The translations under genes were made by a program, and so were the position numbers. The notes beneath the pieces are model-generated. The model did not search any database and was not told the DNA's origin. It saw only the letters and a list, made by a program, of their open reading frames with translations. A stretch of DNA of 41,441 nt from Welwitschia mirabilis (Eukaryota), in assembly GCA_051453625.1 (NCBI GenBank), contig JBOZIK010000001.1, positions 29,629,132-29,670,572 of the forward strand, written 5' to 3'. Positions 38,123-41,441 of the stretch are shown here, piece after piece; position 1 is the first letter of the stretch; the number at the start of each line of letters is the position of its first letter.

Positions 38123-39479
38123 TTTTAGCGTGTAAATCATGTACTCAAACTAGTATTTCTTTTGAATAAATCTCTCATCTTTAGTACTTACAAATCCTAA
38201 TAAAACTCACACAAAATACACTAGTCTAGGGAGTTAATCCAAATGTTATACTCTACAGAGTAATTCCAAAGATAAAGCTAAAAAATTACTACAAATGATT
38301 TCTATCCTCAGTTTTATAATGATAAATTAATAAAAATTCAATGATCCAATAGATGAATTTAATATGTAAAAAATAGATGCAACCTAAATGCAAATCCTAA
38401 ATAGGTGTATTAATTTTTTGTTACCCAAGTTAACCCTCATATACTATATGAGAAATCTAAATCAAACTTGACTCTAACATAATATATTAATAACATAAAA
38501 GAGAATATATAAAAAGAAATAAAATTATCTTTATTAATCACAATGTTCTTGCATCCATGTACAAAGCAAAAGCTCCTTAATGAAGGAGACATAGCTCAAA
38601 TAAAAAGACACTCTTCTCTACAACTGGGATGAATCCTTGTCTTAATCTCTCTTCAAATAATTACAAGAACAATCAACACAATTAAGATGAGAAATAAAGG
38701 ATCTAAGGGTAGTATTTATAGAATTTAGAATGACTATTGGGATCACTGAAGAGTTATAACTGATGAGAGTTGATTACAACAATGATTACATAATTGATGG
38801 AGTTTATTTTGTTTTCTTCATGTTTGTCATCTCCTTCAGTGTCAATCGAACAATCAGGTCAATTACCATTATTCTTTCATCTTCTCATGTCTTCTTGTCT
38901 TCTATGAGCCTTCTTAGTAATGGTTAACTTTTTATTTTCTTAATGTTGTCCTAGTTGTTGTCTAGACAACAAAGTGAATAACTATAAGTAGTAAAAATTA
39001 TAAGTCTTAACTATCATCCATACAACCAAATTAATGACTATTAGTAGAAAACTATTTCCTCTATTTATTAATCTTATTAGTTATCTACTTGACTATCCTC
39101 TAGATGATGAGGTGGACGATAGTTGGTCTTTAGTCTTTTTTGCTTCCTATGTCATGATTGACTTTTAAAATATCATTTAAGTGCTCCAATAAGTACCATC
39201 CTCTAGAGTGTCATCTATAAAACATTGTAGATGATAATATTTTCTTTATCTTTTGGTCTTCTAATCATCATTTATCATTCTACCTCAGTTTATGATTTTT
39301 TGGAAAAGTTAGAGAGTGTAAAATGTATCCAAAAAAAGGTTCATTATCTCCAATTTGGTATTCTATGTTATCATCTTAATTAAGCTTTACCTTATTCCTA
39401 TTTGGCTTAGAAACCTACTAAAAATGCCTAAAACATACTCTAAACATAATGTTAAATATCATTAGTTGGACTCGCAGCA
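38123..39479 (-). repeat. Element D 5' LTR
   Basis: Homologous to 29589-30924; minus-strand start TGCTGCGAG; adjacent to PBS. Confidence 0.92.
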
Positions 39480-40553
39480 ATGGGGATTGATTTCCATCAT
39501 CAAGTTACTGACTCTTTTTTGAATTCCCTTGATGTTAATTACTAGATATAACTGAGTTAGCCTTAAAGTTTAACTAATGATGATAAGTAATTTAAAATAA
39601 CTATGAATTTGAATGAGATTACATTTGAAAGTAAGATAGATATTATTAAAGATTAAACTTAAAAATATTTTTATGATCTTAAAAAGGACATTGTTATTAT
39701 TATGAGGTGATTGATCCTTATTTATATCTTAAAGTACATAATCAATTTTATCCCCTTTTTTATTTTCAATAGATAAGGTTTATAATTTATAAATATGAGT
39801 TTTCTCTTTAACATTATGTGATCACATAATTGAAGATGAATAACTTGGTTATAGATTTAATTATTTCCAAGGATATCTAATTATAAGGCATTATTTTATG
39901 TATTTATTTTTATACAAGCTTAAGCTCTTTAAGGAATCATATGAGATCATTCTCCTAAATTCTTAAGATAAGTGTAATTCTCCTCGGTGATTATTATCTA
40001 TAACTATAAAGTAATAAAGTCTTTAAGAACTTGAATTCATCATCCTTCCAAGTCCGTTTAGGAATTTAGGATTATCATAAATATGATTAACATAATGATC
40101 CTCTACAACTTGAGGTTATAGTTAACCTTATGAATACTTCAGAGCTATCCAAAACATAATCAGCTTCTAAGATTATTGAGATGCTAGGATTATCATTAGT
40201 GTAATTTTTATAATTATTAGAATTAATATGGATGTTATTTGGTATATATTTAGGAAGTAGAAAAATTTATAGGTATAATCAAATTCATGAATATTGAGAG
40301 ATATGATTAAATTCATGCTTATCTATAAGTTAGGATTATCTTAGAATCTAGTGCTATCAAGGATATAATTGATTTTACTCATGATTTAAGATTATTAACA
40401 ATATAATTAACTTTGTAGCTCTTAGGAATTAAGGTTATTAGAGTTATAACTAACTTTAAGATTATTAAGGAGAAAGGTTGTTAAAGACATAAGTAGATTC
40501 ACATTCTTATAAATTTGTAAGTGCGTAACATAGGTACTATTTAAGTTAACTTT

Positions 40554-40565
40554 GCTTTGATACCA
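40554..40565 (-). other. Element A primer binding site (initiator Met tRNA)
   Basis: Minus strand TGGTATCAAAGC (canonical TGGTATCAGAGC), 3 bp after an LTR end GGGGCTATCACA. Confidence 0.9.
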
Positions 40566-40568
40566 ATT

Positions 40569-41441
40569 TGTGATAGCCCCTCTTTTCTTATCCCAATTAA
40601 GTACTCCTCTCTCCCCAACCCATCTTTCCCTCCCTTTTCTCTTCTTTCCTTCTTTAATATTATTACCTAATAGACACAGCAGAACCTGAAACTAAATTTT
40701 CCTTATTCCTTTATTAGCATTTCTATATTCTAAGAAAAACAAATTACATTAATATTATATATTAACTTATAATTAATTTCTAGATTATTTTGGTTTACAA
40801 ATAATAGTGATGTCATAAGTTTATGTTATCTATTTCTTCCTAGTTTTCATCACATAAAAAAGATATTTTGTAAATAGTTGAGGAGATGTAAACTTGTTAT
40901 AAACATACATGGATAAGTTTAAGGATAATACCTAACTATTATAATAAGAGATTACAACTCCCATTAATGGCATTCTAACTCAATATCTGATCACCCTCCA
41001 GACATGAATTGGTTCCACTTCAGATTCTAAACTATACAAACATAGTTGGGCTCAACTATATAGGCTTACACTTCACCGTGGTATGCCCTAATACAGGTAA
41101 CAAGTGGTACATGAGGAAGGATGCACGCTCACAGATGACTCTGCCTCCTTAAAACATCTCCAAATGATGCAACATAATCCATCGATGCCAAGGTCTCAAG
41201 ATGTTAAGTTAAAGTAGATTCATATATAGGTGAGGCAGGAGAGTGGTAATCAAATCCATTTCCAGAAAGGTATTATAAAAAAATGTAATACAACCCATCT
41301 TGGTGATGAAATCCAAGTATGGGGATGAACATTATTATGATTATTTTGATTTAGTCCTATTTAAAGAGTGCACCGCACAAATGCACGCATACAATTCTAA
41401 CTAATGTGGATATTTAATATATTATTCACTTAGTCATAATA
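40569..41441 (-). repeat. Element A 5' LTR (runs off the window)
   Basis: Plus strand begins TGTGATAGCCCC, a TGT.A.A.CCC terminus typical of Tekay LTRs, adjacent to the Met-PBS. Confidence 0.8.

Larger units (their letters stand above)
29589..39479 (-). mobile_element. Element D: non-autonomous Athila-type element (gag-protease and ORF2, pol absent), internal region related to C
   Basis: LTR pair 29589-30924 / 38123-39479; TSD ATGAG (29584-29588) / ATGGG (39480-39484); PBS at 38101-38119 and PPT at 30925-30937 both on minus strand. Confidence 0.9.
7223..41441 (-). mobile_element. Element A: Tekay/Del (chromovirus-type) Ty3/gypsy retrotransposon, host of the nest; surviving pieces ~7223-9529, 29548-29588, 39480-41441
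   Basis: Minus-strand order LTR (40569+), Met-PBS, UTR, gag, zinc knuckle, protease, RT is restored once B and D are excised at their TSDs. The 3' part (RH/INT/3' LTR) is not recognisable. Confidence 0.75.

Noticed and set aside
1..41441. Intact host gene, RNA gene, or prokaryotic-type defence/retron system built around the RT domains
   Set aside because: Both RTs are stop-riddled gypsy pol fragments inside LTR elements; no exon structure, tRNA/rRNA or operon-like organisation was recognisable.

Overview
AT-rich, CpG-poor eukaryotic (plant-type) intergenic DNA with 8 assembly gaps. I found no intact host gene. Almost the whole window is a nested stack of old, decayed LTR retrotransposons. 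(A) A minus-strand Tekay/chromovirus-type Ty3/gypsy element runs from its 5' LTR (40569 to window end, Met-tRNA PBS) to a truncated RT near 7400. It is split by two Athila-type insertions whose target sites are only 31 bp apart. (B) 9530-29547 (+; TSD TGAAT/TGAAT) carries gag-protease but no pol. (D) 29589-39479 (-; TSD ATGAG/ATGGG) carries gag-protease plus an extra ORF2/'env-like' frame but no RT/RH/INT. A structurally complete Athila-type element (C), 12341-24945 (+; TSD GGGTT/GAATT), sits inside the gag of B. The left 7 kb holds a probable Sirevirus-type LTR end, a compound microsatellite, short tandem repeats, an unassigned decayed minus-strand ORF, and the 3' half of another Athila-like element (E: long ORF2, PPT, LTR). 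All assignments come from manual translation and by-eye alignment. I found no convincing evidence of a new biological system. The best leads are the pol-less elements, the ORF2 family, a shared palindromic motif, and a PBS that has decayed into a look-alike of a different tRNA primer site.
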